Of a stretch of 64,000 bases of DNA, positions 39,467-48,119 are shown piece by piece; the first letter of the stretch is position 1, and each line of letters starts with the position of its first letter. This stretch comes from a virus. Made by a program: the position numbers and the translations under genes. The stretch spans positions 1,249 to 65,248 of the IMG/VR virus record IMGVR_UViG_3300017767_002783; one strand, 5' to 3'. The notes beneath the pieces were generated by a model. It did no database searches. It was not told where the DNA came from and saw only the letters and a program-made list of their open reading frames with translations.

Positions 39467-40381
39467 ATGATTAAATTAAAACAATTATTAACAGAAGATT
39501 GGTTAGACGATAATAAGTGGTATCCTGCTCATACAAGAAAAACATTAGATAATATAAAATATGGGGATAAGATAGCACTCTATCCTAAATTACACGAAAA
39601 GATGTTTGGTAAAATACCTATTAGTTCATTTCATGTTACTAATCCAGACCACATAAAAACAATTGGTAAGATAATAGGTAAGAAAAAATCCATATCAACA
39701 TTCACTCGTGCTAACAATGACTCACCACTTGCTAAAGGTAGAGGTATTCAAACAGGTACGGGTGGAGTTATATTTTATGTTAGGGGAAACTTACTTGCTA
39801 AACGATACATGGACTTCGATACAGTACCCGATAAGACTGGTCGTAGATGGATAGAATCACATTACATAACTGGTGATAGAATGATTTTTAAAAATGCTAT
39901 GAAAAGAGCTGGATTCTTTAAGAAACTTGAAACAATGGAAAATAAAATTAGACGAATAGATGCGGTATTTCATGACTTATGGATGACAGATGATGAAATT
40001 GAATATGATGAATATAAAAAATTAACAGTAAAAGAAGCAGGACCTTATATTAGTAAATTTATAAAAGAGTGGTTTGATTGGCAAAACAAGTGGTTGGTAA
40101 AGAATAAATCAAAAATAAAGAAGAATCTTATAAATCCAGAAGATAAACCATCGGCATGGTGGAATGAAATTCTTATATATAATCCTAAGATTATAGATGT
40201 TTTTGTAATGGAGAGGATTACAAGGGATGGATATTGGATGCAACAATGGGGAGACAATAAACCAGGACCTTGGCAAAAAGAAATTCTCAAATATGTCCCC
40301 AAGAACAAAATAACAATCGGTACACCAGCAAAATTTAGAAAATGGTACAAGGACAGAGAAGGAATAATAGACCAAGTATGA
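39467..40381 (+). CDS. Hypothetical protein with MIKLKQLLTE leader
   Basis: Start moved to ATG 39467, one base after the upstream stop. Confidence 0.65.
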   Translation: MIKLKQLLTEDWLDDNKWYPAHTRKTLDNIKYGDKIALYPKLHEKMFGKIPISSFHVTNPDHIKTIGKIIGKKKSISTFTRANNDSPLAKGRGIQTGTGGVIFYVRGNLLAKRYMDFDTVPDKTGRRWIESHYITGDRMIFKNAMKRAGFFKKLETMENKIRRIDAVFHDLWMTDDEIEYDEYKKLTVKEAGPYISKFIKEWFDWQNKWLVKNKSKIKKNLINPEDKPSAWWNEILIYNPKIIDVFVMERITRDGYWMQQWGDNKPGPWQKEILKYVPKNKITIGTPAKFRKWYKDREGIIDQV

Positions 40382-41964
40382 TTTATCTTTCTAATTTAAT
40401 TCCGTTGAATGAGTATTCTAAATTTAGGCTCAACATCCCCTCTGACATCAGGAAGATACACAAGCTTTTTAAGAAAAACAAGAAAAAACTTTTTGTTGTG
40501 GGTGGAGCAGTAAGGGATGCAATATTAGGAAAGAGTCCAAAAGATTTTGATTTAGCCACCGATGCTAAACCCGATGAGGTATTACAAATAGCAAAAAAAG
40601 GTGGATTGAAAACCGTAGAGGTTGGAAAACAATTCGGTGTCGTGATAGTTGGTGGACACGAAATAGCAACATTCAGAAAGGATATTGGTAAAGGGAGACG
40701 CCCAAGTTCAGTTGATTATACCGACATCGAGGGTGATGTAAAAAGAAGGGATTTGACCATAAATGCGTTGTTCTACGATATGGATAGGGGTGAAATTGTA
40801 GACTTGGTTGGTGGTATAGCAGATTTAAAAAAGAAGAAGATTCGAACCGTTGGAAATGCTGTCGAAAGATTTGATGAAGATCCGTTAAGAAAGATGAGGG
40901 CATTAAGATTTCAAGGTGCACTCGGTGGTAAGTTAGGTAAGGAAACTGAAAGGGCACTAAGACAGAATCCAAGTCTTAAAGGTGTGAGTAAAGAAAGAAT
41001 CAGAGATGAGTTTGTCAAGTCGATTAGAAAGGCAAAATCACCCAAGAGGTATTTACAGCTTGCTGATTCGTTAGGATTTACAAAACAGATATTACCTGGA
41101 TTACAAGTTAAGATTCCATACATAAATGAAAACGATTATATTTTATTTTTAGCTTGGATTTTACGAAAAAATGATGTAAATTCAATAAGGAAATTAAATG
41201 GTTTAGCCTATCCTACTCAAGAAATAATTGATATTCAGTTTTTAAATTCATTACAGAATTTTAAACCTGAGAATATTTTTTTGATTAAAAAGTTTCAAGA
41301 AAAGACCAAATTGAGTAAAGGTCAAATTCTTAAATGGGGTAAGTACATTGGAAAAGATTTTAAAAAATTAATTAGATTTAAACTATCGGTAAGGGGTAGT
41401 GATGTTTCAAGTGATTTAAAAGGAAGGGACATCGGTAAAGCAATACAAAATATGGAAAAAGATAAATTCTTAAATGAAATAGCAGTTCGGAAAAAACCGA
41501 AGAAATTCAAAGACATTTATAACGCGTTACCAAGTGACTTGAAGAAACGCGTGTATAATCTAAAAAACTACGACCAGAGGAGAGATGCACATCCTGAAGG
41601 TAATGTTTTAAAACATACTATTGCTGTTACGAATAGGGCACTTAAAACAGGTGATATAGACTTCGCTCTATCAGCATTGTTTCACGATATAGGAAAAGAC
41701 TCAACTGCTAAATTACATCCAAAGAAAGGGTTTTGGACTCATTATGGACATGAGCATGTATCAGCTAAATTGGTTAAGAAATACGCCAAGTGGATAAAAT
41801 CAATGGGTGGTAATCCACTTGATATTTATTGGATAGTAAAACAACACATGAGAATGAAAGTATTTGATAAGATGAAATGGACAAAACAAGAAAAGATGAA
41901 AAAATTTAGAGCATTTGATAAGTTAAAGAAATTTACAACCTTCGATAAAGGTGGGAGAGTATAA
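40378..41964 (+). CDS. cca: Class II tRNA nucleotidyltransferase (CCA-adding / poly(A) polymerase family) with C-terminal HD domain
   Basis: VGGAVRDAILG, DFDLAT, RRDLTINAL, EDPLRKMRALRF; C-terminal HPEGNVLKHT and LFHDIGK; ATGA overlap start. Confidence 0.85.
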   Translation: MIYLSNLIPLNEYSKFRLNIPSDIRKIHKLFKKNKKKLFVVGGAVRDAILGKSPKDFDLATDAKPDEVLQIAKKGGLKTVEVGKQFGVVIVGGHEIATFRKDIGKGRRPSSVDYTDIEGDVKRRDLTINALFYDMDRGEIVDLVGGIADLKKKKIRTVGNAVERFDEDPLRKMRALRFQGALGGKLGKETERALRQNPSLKGVSKERIRDEFVKSIRKAKSPKRYLQLADSLGFTKQILPGLQVKIPYINENDYILFLAWILRKNDVNSIRKLNGLAYPTQEIIDIQFLNSLQNFKPENIFLIKKFQEKTKLSKGQILKWGKYIGKDFKKLIRFKLSVRGSDVSSDLKGRDIGKAIQNMEKDKFLNEIAVRKKPKKFKDIYNALPSDLKKRVYNLKNYDQRRDAHPEGNVLKHTIAVTNRALKTGDIDFALSALFHDIGKDSTAKLHPKKGFWTHYGHEHVSAKLVKKYAKWIKSMGGNPLDIYWIVKQHMRMKVFDKMKWTKQEKMKKFRAFDKLKKFTTFDKGGRV

Positions 41965-43694
41965 TGGATAAATTAACAAGAGAATTGATAAGAGATTTAC
42001 TACCCGAAGAAGATAGACCTAAGATTAAAAAGATTGTAGGAATCTATGGTGGTAGGTATCAACCATTTGGCCCACATCACTTAAAAACTTACAAGTGGTT
42101 AAAGTCAAAGGTAGATGATGCTTACATCACCACATCAGACATCAAAAAACCACCAAAACACCCTATGAATTACAGAGAAAAACTTCGTCATATGGTAAAG
42201 ATGGGTGTTCCTAAGAATCGTATTATAAAGGAAAAAGTTCCATTAGTGGCAAATAATGTGCTAAAAAAATACGATTCCGAGACTACAGCCGTGATATATA
42301 TATTTGGAGCTAAGGATGCTGGTAGATTGGCAGGTGGTAAAAAGAAAAGTGGTGGTTTATCGTATTTCCAAGATTATAGAAAACACAAGAATAATCTAAA
42401 AGGATATGAGGAACACGGATACTTTATGGTAGCTCCACATCAATCAGTTAGGGTTGGTGGAAAAGAAGTTAGTGGAACGGTAATGAGAGAATTACTCGGT
42501 TCACCTAAAATAGATGATAAAGAAAGACCTAAATTATTTAAACAGGCATTTGGTTATTTCGATAAAGGTGTTTATCAAATGATGACCAACAAGTTTAGAA
42601 AGTTATTTGAGATCAAAGAAAATTTACTTACAGAAAGATTAGTAGCCGCTAGAAACAAAGGACACTTGAAGAATGGTGGTAAGACAGCACTAACCACAGG
42701 TGGAATAATTTCAAAGTTTAAAGGTAGGGGGGATATATCGGACGCATTTAGTTTTGCTATGAAGGATTTGGAAAAGGCCATCGGTTCTCTTTCTGAAAAA
42801 CAAAGAAACAGAATATTCAAGAATGGTAAGGCTTGGATGAATCTTGAGGTTATGTGGCCAAAGTCATCTAATGTGATAAATTATGACAAGGCAGAAATCG
42901 TATTTCACGGAGCACTCGAATATGATGATGAAGGAAATGCAATTGGAGAGGTCAAAGATAGTGCAAGAATGTTAGCTGGTATGATTAAACAAGTCAACCA
43001 AAACATACAGAAACGATATAAGATTGGAAAACCTAATTTTTTAACCGTACCTAAACATCAAAATTTTGAAAAGAAGAAAAAGTATTTTATAAATAAGTTA
43101 AATAGATTACAGAAACAATATAACTTAAAAGATAGTGATTCACTTTCAGTATATCACCAAACCTATTGGGAAGAATTTATATTTAATGCAGCAAAACAAC
43201 ACGGATTTACAATTCCAAAGGCACCATTAAAAAAATTAACTAAAAGATGGGCATTTTTTGATAAGTCGTATAAAGTTCCAATGATTAAAAAAGATTTTAA
43301 AAATCATCCTGAATTTTTAGATTGGGTATTGACTACGGATAAAGTAGACCACGCAAAAATGGTTAAAAAGAATATGAAACCATTTGAGGAATTGTTCTTT
43401 GAAGTTGGTGCAGAAATAATGACAAATGTAAGTGGTTGGTTAGCAGCAAATCCTGACTCTACGGTTCAACGAGTAAAGAAACAATTAGATGCAGCAATTA
43501 AAGATGTGAGAAGTAAAAAGGATTTGAAAAAACTTAACACATTAAAATTACAATTGGATAAATTAAATAAGATTGGTGGTCTGAAGGCAATAGTTCCAAG
43601 TGAAGGAATAGTTTTTAAATACAACGGAAAGACATTTAAATTTACAGGAGCATTTGCACCTATTAATCAAATAACAGGATTGATGACATTCTAA
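41964..43694 (+). CDS. Cytidyltransferase-like (HIGH-type) domain fused to the C-terminal half of a ligase-like domain
   Basis: YGGRYQPFGPHH, HPMN, GAKDAGRL, SGTVMRELL; after LLTE comes RLVAARNKGHL...MNLEV...IVFHG...PSEGIVF...KFTGAFAPINQ. Confidence 0.65.
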   Translation: MDKLTRELIRDLLPEEDRPKIKKIVGIYGGRYQPFGPHHLKTYKWLKSKVDDAYITTSDIKKPPKHPMNYREKLRHMVKMGVPKNRIIKEKVPLVANNVLKKYDSETTAVIYIFGAKDAGRLAGGKKKSGGLSYFQDYRKHKNNLKGYEEHGYFMVAPHQSVRVGGKEVSGTVMRELLGSPKIDDKERPKLFKQAFGYFDKGVYQMMTNKFRKLFEIKENLLTERLVAARNKGHLKNGGKTALTTGGIISKFKGRGDISDAFSFAMKDLEKAIGSLSEKQRNRIFKNGKAWMNLEVMWPKSSNVINYDKAEIVFHGALEYDDEGNAIGEVKDSARMLAGMIKQVNQNIQKRYKIGKPNFLTVPKHQNFEKKKKYFINKLNRLQKQYNLKDSDSLSVYHQTYWEEFIFNAAKQHGFTIPKAPLKKLTKRWAFFDKSYKVPMIKKDFKNHPEFLDWVLTTDKVDHAKMVKKNMKPFEELFFEVGAEIMTNVSGWLAANPDSTVQRVKKQLDAAIKDVRSKKDLKKLNTLKLQLDKLNKIGGLKAIVPSEGIVFKYNGKTFKFTGAFAPINQITGLMTF

Positions 43695-43957
43695 TGGAAG
43701 ATTTCGAAGATATACAAGAAATCTTTAAGATGAAAAAAATGAATAATATTAAATTTATTATTAATATTATTGGTTTGGTAGGTGCATTAGGTGGTGGATG
43801 GTACAAGTTAGAAAATAGAGTATCAACATTAGAAACACAGATAGAACAAGAAAATAGTGTTAAGGCAATACAAGCCGAATTAGAATTAATGAAAAGAGAT
43901 CAAGAACTTGAGGACTTAAAATTTAAGTTTAAACTTGATTCGTTACAAAGGAGTTAG
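43694..43957 (+). CDS. Small membrane-anchored coiled-coil protein
   Basis: Hydrophobic IKFIINIIGLVGALGGGWY followed by a heptad-rich tail. Confidence 0.55.
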   Translation: MEDFEDIQEIFKMKKMNNIKFIINIIGLVGALGGGWYKLENRVSTLETQIEQENSVKAIQAELELMKRDQELEDLKFKFKLDSLQRS

Positions 43958-43960
43958 AGT

Positions 43961-44557
43961 ATGAGTGATAGTATTTTATCAACTAATCACAGAGAACGAG
44001 AAAGACAAATAGAAAATATTAAGCGTGTTGCTCGTGGTGATAAAGTTGAGAAAAAGATTTATGTTCAGATGGAAGATTTGGACGAAAAGAAAAAAAGAGA
44101 AGAAGAAGTAAGATTAGAACGAGAAAAGAAAAATGAACGCTCAGCTGCATTAAAGGATGCTAGAATGCCTTGGTTTTGTCCTAAGTGTAAAAAGGTAATG
44201 AAAAAACGATTAGATGATAAGATGTATAGATTACATCAACATTGTTTTGATTGTCAAATAACATTTGAAAATAAACTTCGTATCGAAGGAAAATACGAGA
44301 AGTGGGAAGAAAGTAAGGTGTTAAACAACCAACTTTCTTATATACGAGACCAAATTTCAAGTATAGAAGATTGGAAAGTAGAGGCTTCTAAACCAGTAGA
44401 GATTTATGATTCGGTTGGTGTTAAAGAAATAGAACTACAACAAGAAAAGTGGAGTCAGAATAAGGAACAAGTTGAAAAAATGTCTACCGAGGCCCTCGAA
44501 GAATTAAATAAAATTAAAGAAGAAGTTGAAGAAAAACTCAATAGTTTAGAAGTTTAA
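43961..44557 (+). CDS. Zinc-ribbon-containing hypothetical protein
   Basis: FCPKC...HQHCFDC. Confidence 0.65.
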   Translation: MSDSILSTNHRERERQIENIKRVARGDKVEKKIYVQMEDLDEKKKREEEVRLEREKKNERSAALKDARMPWFCPKCKKVMKKRLDDKMYRLHQHCFDCQITFENKLRIEGKYEKWEESKVLNNQLSYIRDQISSIEDWKVEASKPVEIYDSVGVKEIELQQEKWSQNKEQVEKMSTEALEELNKIKEEVEEKLNSLEV

Positions 44558-44565
44558 TATTTATA
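44557..44565 (+). promoter_or_regulatory. ATATTTATA candidate promoter motif
   Basis: Intergenic, 31 nt before the GTG at 44597. Confidence 0.45.
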
Positions 44566-44596
44566 TGTGTGAAACTATATATATCGGAGAAAATAA

Positions 44597-44857
44597 GTGA
44601 TTAAAATGAAGAAAATATTAGAAGAAAAGGTAGACCTTGATGATATTTCTATGAATCACCAAAAATTACTAAGGGTTGGAAGTAATTACATTTATAAGGC
44701 ACGAGATGGGAAACTTTGGTATGAACTTGAGGATGATATTAAAAAGAGTAAGAATAGAACTTTAATGAGATACTTTAAAAAATATGATGAAGCTCGTCTT
44801 AAACTTCAAAATGCTGGTGCAATGTTAACCAGGGCATTTGATTTGGAAAAAAGATGA
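44597..44857 (+). CDS. Hypothetical protein with MIKMKKILEE leader
   Basis: GGAG SD, GTG start. Confidence 0.6.
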   Translation: MIKMKKILEEKVDLDDISMNHQKLLRVGSNYIYKARDGKLWYELEDDIKKSKNRTLMRYFKKYDEARLKLQNAGAMLTRAFDLEKR

Positions 44858-45408
44858 TTAAATTAAAAGAATTAATAGTAGAACGAATTGTAACACATAG
44901 TGACTTTCATAAAGTCATAAATATGGCTAAAAAGGCAACTGGCGCTAAACCTAAAATACCATCAAAAACAATAAAACTTTGTAAAGAAGTAATGAAAGAT
45001 GGTTTTCATAAATTAGATTATAGAGGTAAGCCTGGTAAGAAAAGACAACCTACTAACTTAATGTATCAGTATTACGCTTATGTACAAGGATGGGGACATT
45101 CTAAATACAAAAATGATTGGGATTGGAGAAGTGATAAAGGTGATAAGATTTTAAATTGGGTTCAAACATCAGGATATAATGATGGTATATTTGATTATGA
45201 TTATTTAAAGTACCATGTAAATACTGATATGCAAGCATCGCAAGTTGTAGGAAATATCAGACCTGGTTCAAAAGATGAAGAACCAGCTTACTATTTAGTT
45301 AAAGATTATTTAAATAGTTTTAGTGCAAGACGAGGTGGTAGAGATGAGGATATGTTAGTTGCTAAAGTTCAATGGTGGTTAGATAAAAACAAAGTTGAAA
45401 CAAGATGA
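44854..45408 (+). CDS. Hypothetical protein with MIKLKELIVE leader
   Basis: ATGA overlap; leader motif. Confidence 0.6.
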   Translation: MIKLKELIVERIVTHSDFHKVINMAKKATGAKPKIPSKTIKLCKEVMKDGFHKLDYRGKPGKKRQPTNLMYQYYAYVQGWGHSKYKNDWDWRSDKGDKILNWVQTSGYNDGIFDYDYLKYHVNTDMQASQVVGNIRPGSKDEEPAYYLVKDYLNSFSARRGGRDEDMLVAKVQWWLDKNKVETR

Positions 45409-46154
45409 GAGATTACTTAAAAGAATTTAGTGATGATGTCATTGGTGATTTTTTAGTTGAGAATGATATTAAAGATATTTTAAATGAGGCTGGTTCGGCA
45501 ACAAATAATGCACCAACTGATGACGGGCCACCTACATTTTACAAATCTTTGGGACAATACAAATCCGAGTCTGAAGATTGGATACAATCATTACAGAATG
45601 ATTTAGGTTGGAAAGTAATTGATTATATACTAAGTGATGGAGCAATGGATCCAGAAGAAGATTACACTATGTCACATAGAGCAACAAATCCAATATCTCA
45701 CGGAGAGGTAAAAAAGTATAAAAAAACTTTACGGAATGTAATGGATAATTTGGGTTGGAAAGTCATGAAGTGGATGGGAGTTGATAAAGACCAACAAATG
45801 GCCGGCCCACCTATAGCATCAGGAATTGATGCTAAAACTCGTAAAGAAAATAACGAAGCAGATACTGATTTAGCGGCAAAGAAAACAAAAAAGAAATTTA
45901 AAGGTGGTCGTCCAAGACTTCATGTTGAGAAATATTCACCACTTTCAAAAGATTGGTGGGATGATGAACTTAGAGAATTAATCACAGAAGGTGGAGCATA
46001 CGGACATATGGCACATCCTTTTGATGATAAAAATTTAACATTTAAAGATTTAAAAAATATCATAGAAAGAGGTTTAGGTGGTCAGTTAGATAGGGAAGAT
46101 AATGTAACTGAAAAACTTGATGGACAAAACCTTATGATAAGTTGGAGAAATTAG
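45405..46154 (+). CDS. Modular protein ending in the N-terminal half of a ligase-like nucleotidyltransferase domain
   Basis: After LITE: GGAYGHMAHPF...TEKLDGQNLMISWRN*, with a KxDG motif-I-like sequence at 46110-46124. Confidence 0.6.
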   Translation: MRDYLKEFSDDVIGDFLVENDIKDILNEAGSATNNAPTDDGPPTFYKSLGQYKSESEDWIQSLQNDLGWKVIDYILSDGAMDPEEDYTMSHRATNPISHGEVKKYKKTLRNVMDNLGWKVMKWMGVDKDQQMAGPPIASGIDAKTRKENNEADTDLAAKKTKKKFKGGRPRLHVEKYSPLSKDWWDDELRELITEGGAYGHMAHPFDDKNLTFKDLKNIIERGLGGQLDREDNVTEKLDGQNLMISWRN

Positions 46155-46840
46155 TGAACATATTCGAAAAAGGATTGTGGAAATTAATTAACGAAGCTTC
46201 ACCAACGGGTACTTCAGGATATGGTGGATCTGGAATAACCACAGGAGATGCATGGCCCGATGGTTTATTTACCAAAAGAGGTGAAAGACGATATGTAGGA
46301 CCTGCAAGTTTAACTCGTGGAATGCAACAAGTTGATTTTCCAGCATCAGATAATATCTATGGGGGTCCTGATAGTCAGAATAATGAAAGACGGGCAAAAA
46401 GAGATGCAGGTAAACTTTACAAATATTTAAGTGATCCCGATGGTAATTCAGAAATTAAATCTGATGAGTTAAGAGATGACACACCACCATTATCACCGAG
46501 ACAAAGAACTTATGGAATACACGGATTTCACAGAAAACAAGAATATACCATTCCACCTGAAACAGCAAATTTTGTAACAACTGCTCAAACTTTAATTAAA
46601 CCAACAACACCACCAGAGGGAACAGAAAGTGGTGGAGTACCAGCAACACCTGAACCTGGTTCTAAGGAAATGGGAAGTGTAAGTGGATATAGACAAGCAC
46701 AGCAAGGTGGAGAATCGGTATTTGCAGGTAATAAAAAATTATGGAATAAATGGAAAGACCACAGAATAATGGGTGCAGTTAAAGGTAGAGAATGGAAAGG
46801 TGGTAAGTTAGTTGATTTGTTACCTAAAGGAGTTAAATAA
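46154..46840 (+). CDS. Gly/Pro/Thr-rich hypothetical protein (MNIFEKGLWKLINE leader)
   Basis: GTG start overlapping the upstream TAG; the track's TTG at 46142 is also possible. Confidence 0.55.
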   Translation: MNIFEKGLWKLINEASPTGTSGYGGSGITTGDAWPDGLFTKRGERRYVGPASLTRGMQQVDFPASDNIYGGPDSQNNERRAKRDAGKLYKYLSDPDGNSEIKSDELRDDTPPLSPRQRTYGIHGFHRKQEYTIPPETANFVTTAQTLIKPTTPPEGTESGGVPATPEPGSKEMGSVSGYRQAQQGGESVFAGNKKLWNKWKDHRIMGAVKGREWKGGKLVDLLPKGVK

Positions 46841-47127
46841 TGGCCATTACAATAGATATAAATGTTGGAGATACCATCTTAGGTGGTAGATTTAAAAACA
46901 AAAAAATTAAAGTAAAAGAAATTGGTAAAGATGATTATGGAATGCCAACAATAAACGGAAGAAAGGTAGTTAATTTTAGAATACCAAAACCCGTTGATGA
47001 AAAAATGGTTAGGGATAAGGACGGATTCGGAAAATATAAAAAAAATGATGATAGTGATTTTGATGAACCAGCTAAAACTAAAAAATTAGAGGGTAAATCT
47101 ACATACAAACAAATAATGGAGATGTAA
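46840..47127 (+). CDS. Small conserved-looking hypothetical protein
   Basis: VGDTILGGRFKNKKIKVKEIG..PTING; TAATG coupling. Confidence 0.6.
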   Translation: MAITIDINVGDTILGGRFKNKKIKVKEIGKDDYGMPTINGRKVVNFRIPKPVDEKMVRDKDGFGKYKKNDDSDFDEPAKTKKLEGKSTYKQIMEM

Positions 47128-47129
47128 AT

Positions 47130-47444
47130 ATGGACTTTTTAAAGAAACTCATAGTTGGTATTTTAGGACTTTTTGGATTAAGTACTATTTTAAGTGCTAA
47201 AAAATCAAAAGAAGTAGAGGAACTTGGTAAAGTAATTAAAGAACAGAAGAAAAAAGAAAAAGAAGTTGCAAAGGAAGTGGAAAAATTAGAAGAAAATAAA
47301 ACCAAAAACAAAAAAGAAATAACAAATTTAAAAAGAAAACTTACTCGTACTAAGAACGAGGTAAAAAAGATGGAAGTAACTTTCGAAAAGGATGCCGTAG
47401 ACGATGCAGCAGCTTTTTTAAGAAAGTTTTCAAAATCTAAATAA
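47130..47444 (+). CDS. N-terminal membrane anchor plus Lys/Glu-rich coiled coil (i-spanin-like?)
   Basis: LIVGILGLFGLSTIL followed by a charged heptad region. Confidence 0.55.
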   Translation: MDFLKKLIVGILGLFGLSTILSAKKSKEVEELGKVIKEQKKKEKEVAKEVEKLEENKTKNKKEITNLKRKLTRTKNEVKKMEVTFEKDAVDDAAAFLRKFSKSK

Positions 47445-47468
47445 TTATATATATAAGGAGAAAACAAT

Positions 47469-47735
47469 ATGAGCATGCACAGAGCAACACCTACAATTCG
47501 TGCAACTGGCGATTATAATAGAATAACAAAAGTTCCTTCTTCAACAACATTTCATGCGACTGGTTCAAATGCTGGTGCAGCATTTATATGTGAAGTAGTA
47601 ACTAATGTTGTTATTCATGCCGCAAATGGTGGAGTGATACCAGGAACATCTTTGTCAGCAGATACACTATATCCGATTGGAACAAAGAAAGTAGTGATTG
47701 GTGGAAGTGGTATAGTTTATGTATTACACAGATAG
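47469..47735 (+). CDS. Hypothetical beta-rich small protein
   Basis: AGGAG SD at 47456-47460; ATAATTATA variant upstream. Confidence 0.6.
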   Translation: MSMHRATPTIRATGDYNRITKVPSSTTFHATGSNAGAAFICEVVTNVVIHAANGGVIPGTSLSADTLYPIGTKKVVIGGSGIVYVLHR

Positions 47736-47738
47736 GTA

Positions 47739-48119
47739 ATGAATATGAAACACTTATGGATATTATTGTTATCCATACCATTGTTTGCACAAACAACTTT
47801 AACAGACGAACAGGTATTGGGAATAGCAAATCAAATTAAAGAATTACAATATTCTGATAGTACTAAATCAGCTCAGATTAAAATCTACGAAGGCTTAGTA
47901 ACGGAATATGAGGAACAGATGGAGTTAGATTCTTTACTACTTGTAGCAAAAGATAAACAGATTGTCTCGATAAAGGCACAAAATGAGGCTTACATAAAAA
48001 AGGCAAAACTGGCAAAACCGAGTTGGTACGAAAATAAATGGCTATACTTTACATATGGGGTGGCATCAGTAACCATTCCCACTTACTTTGGAATTAAAAT
48101 ATTGGATATAGCAGATTAA
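47739..48119 (+). CDS. Signal-peptide coiled-coil protein with C-terminal hydrophobic segment
   Basis: MKHLWILLLSIPLFAQ signal; C-terminal WLYFTYGVASVTIPTYFG. Confidence 0.6.
   Translation: MNMKHLWILLLSIPLFAQTTLTDEQVLGIANQIKELQYSDSTKSAQIKIYEGLVTEYEEQMELDSLLLVAKDKQIVSIKAQNEAYIKKAKLAKPSWYENKWLYFTYGVASVTIPTYFGIKILDIAD

Noticed and set aside
42630-46160. Integrated circular element explaining the permuted ligase-like halves through the shared agaaa/ttagt microhomology
   Set aside because: Crossover at ttagt would fuse the flanks in frame, but the circle junction gives a stop or frameshift instead of a restored domain; no recombinase is nearby
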